From: a virus
Lineage: Duplodnaviria > Caudoviricetes
IMG/VR virus record: IMGVR_UViG_3300029169_000003
Span: 1 to 56,856 of that record
Direction: 5' to 3' (one strand)
DNA length: 56,856 nucleotides
This document shows positions 56,840-56,856 of the stretch, in pieces. Each line of letters begins with the position of its first letter. The stretch's first letter is position 1. The translations under genes were made by a program, and so were the position numbers. The notes below the pieces were generated by a model. That model was not told the DNA's origin and did not search any database. It saw nothing but the letters and a program-made list of their open reading frames with translations.

Positions 56840-56856
56840 GATCGTGACTGGGAAAC
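56840..56856 (-). other. Reverse-complement random-amplification primer; library artefact
   Basis: GATCGTGACTGGGAAAC is the reverse complement of GTTTCCCAGTCACGATC. Confidence 0.95.

Overview
Partial genome (about 55 kb) of an AT-rich tailed dsDNA phage with podovirus-like architecture, assembled from randomly amplified DNA: the SISPA/Round-A-B primer GTTTCCCAGTCACGATC caps both ends, and nt ~92-1420 is probably a chimeric fragment from another genome. Layout: 1.4-11.2 kb (+) nucleotide and DNA metabolism plus small ORFs (NrdJ-type C-terminal tail, RuvC-like resolvase, SSB, dNMP kinase, HD hydrolase, tRNA-Pro, a secreted beta-helix protein). 11.3-44.8 kb (-) morphogenesis (terS, a receptor-binding/decoration block, terL, portal, scaffold, major capsid, four adaptor-like ring proteins, nozzle, ejection proteins including a ~3.2k-aa polyvalent protein). 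44.9-56.8 kb accessory region. No polymerase, primase/helicase or endolysin is visible. A T9SS sorting domain and the SSB style point to a Bacteroidota/Rhodothermota-group host. Strongest candidate for an undescribed system: a phage-encoded cohesin-dockerin set, with two cohesin-like domains in a virion protein, one on a T9SS-tagged protein, one on a secreted beta-helix protein, and a dockerin on a secreted CxxCH protein. Also notable: a Tat-signal protein carrying a copy of the capsid N-terminal segment, and strong GpC depletion that leaves many ORFs without alanine. All family calls are by-eye motif recognition; no database searches were run.
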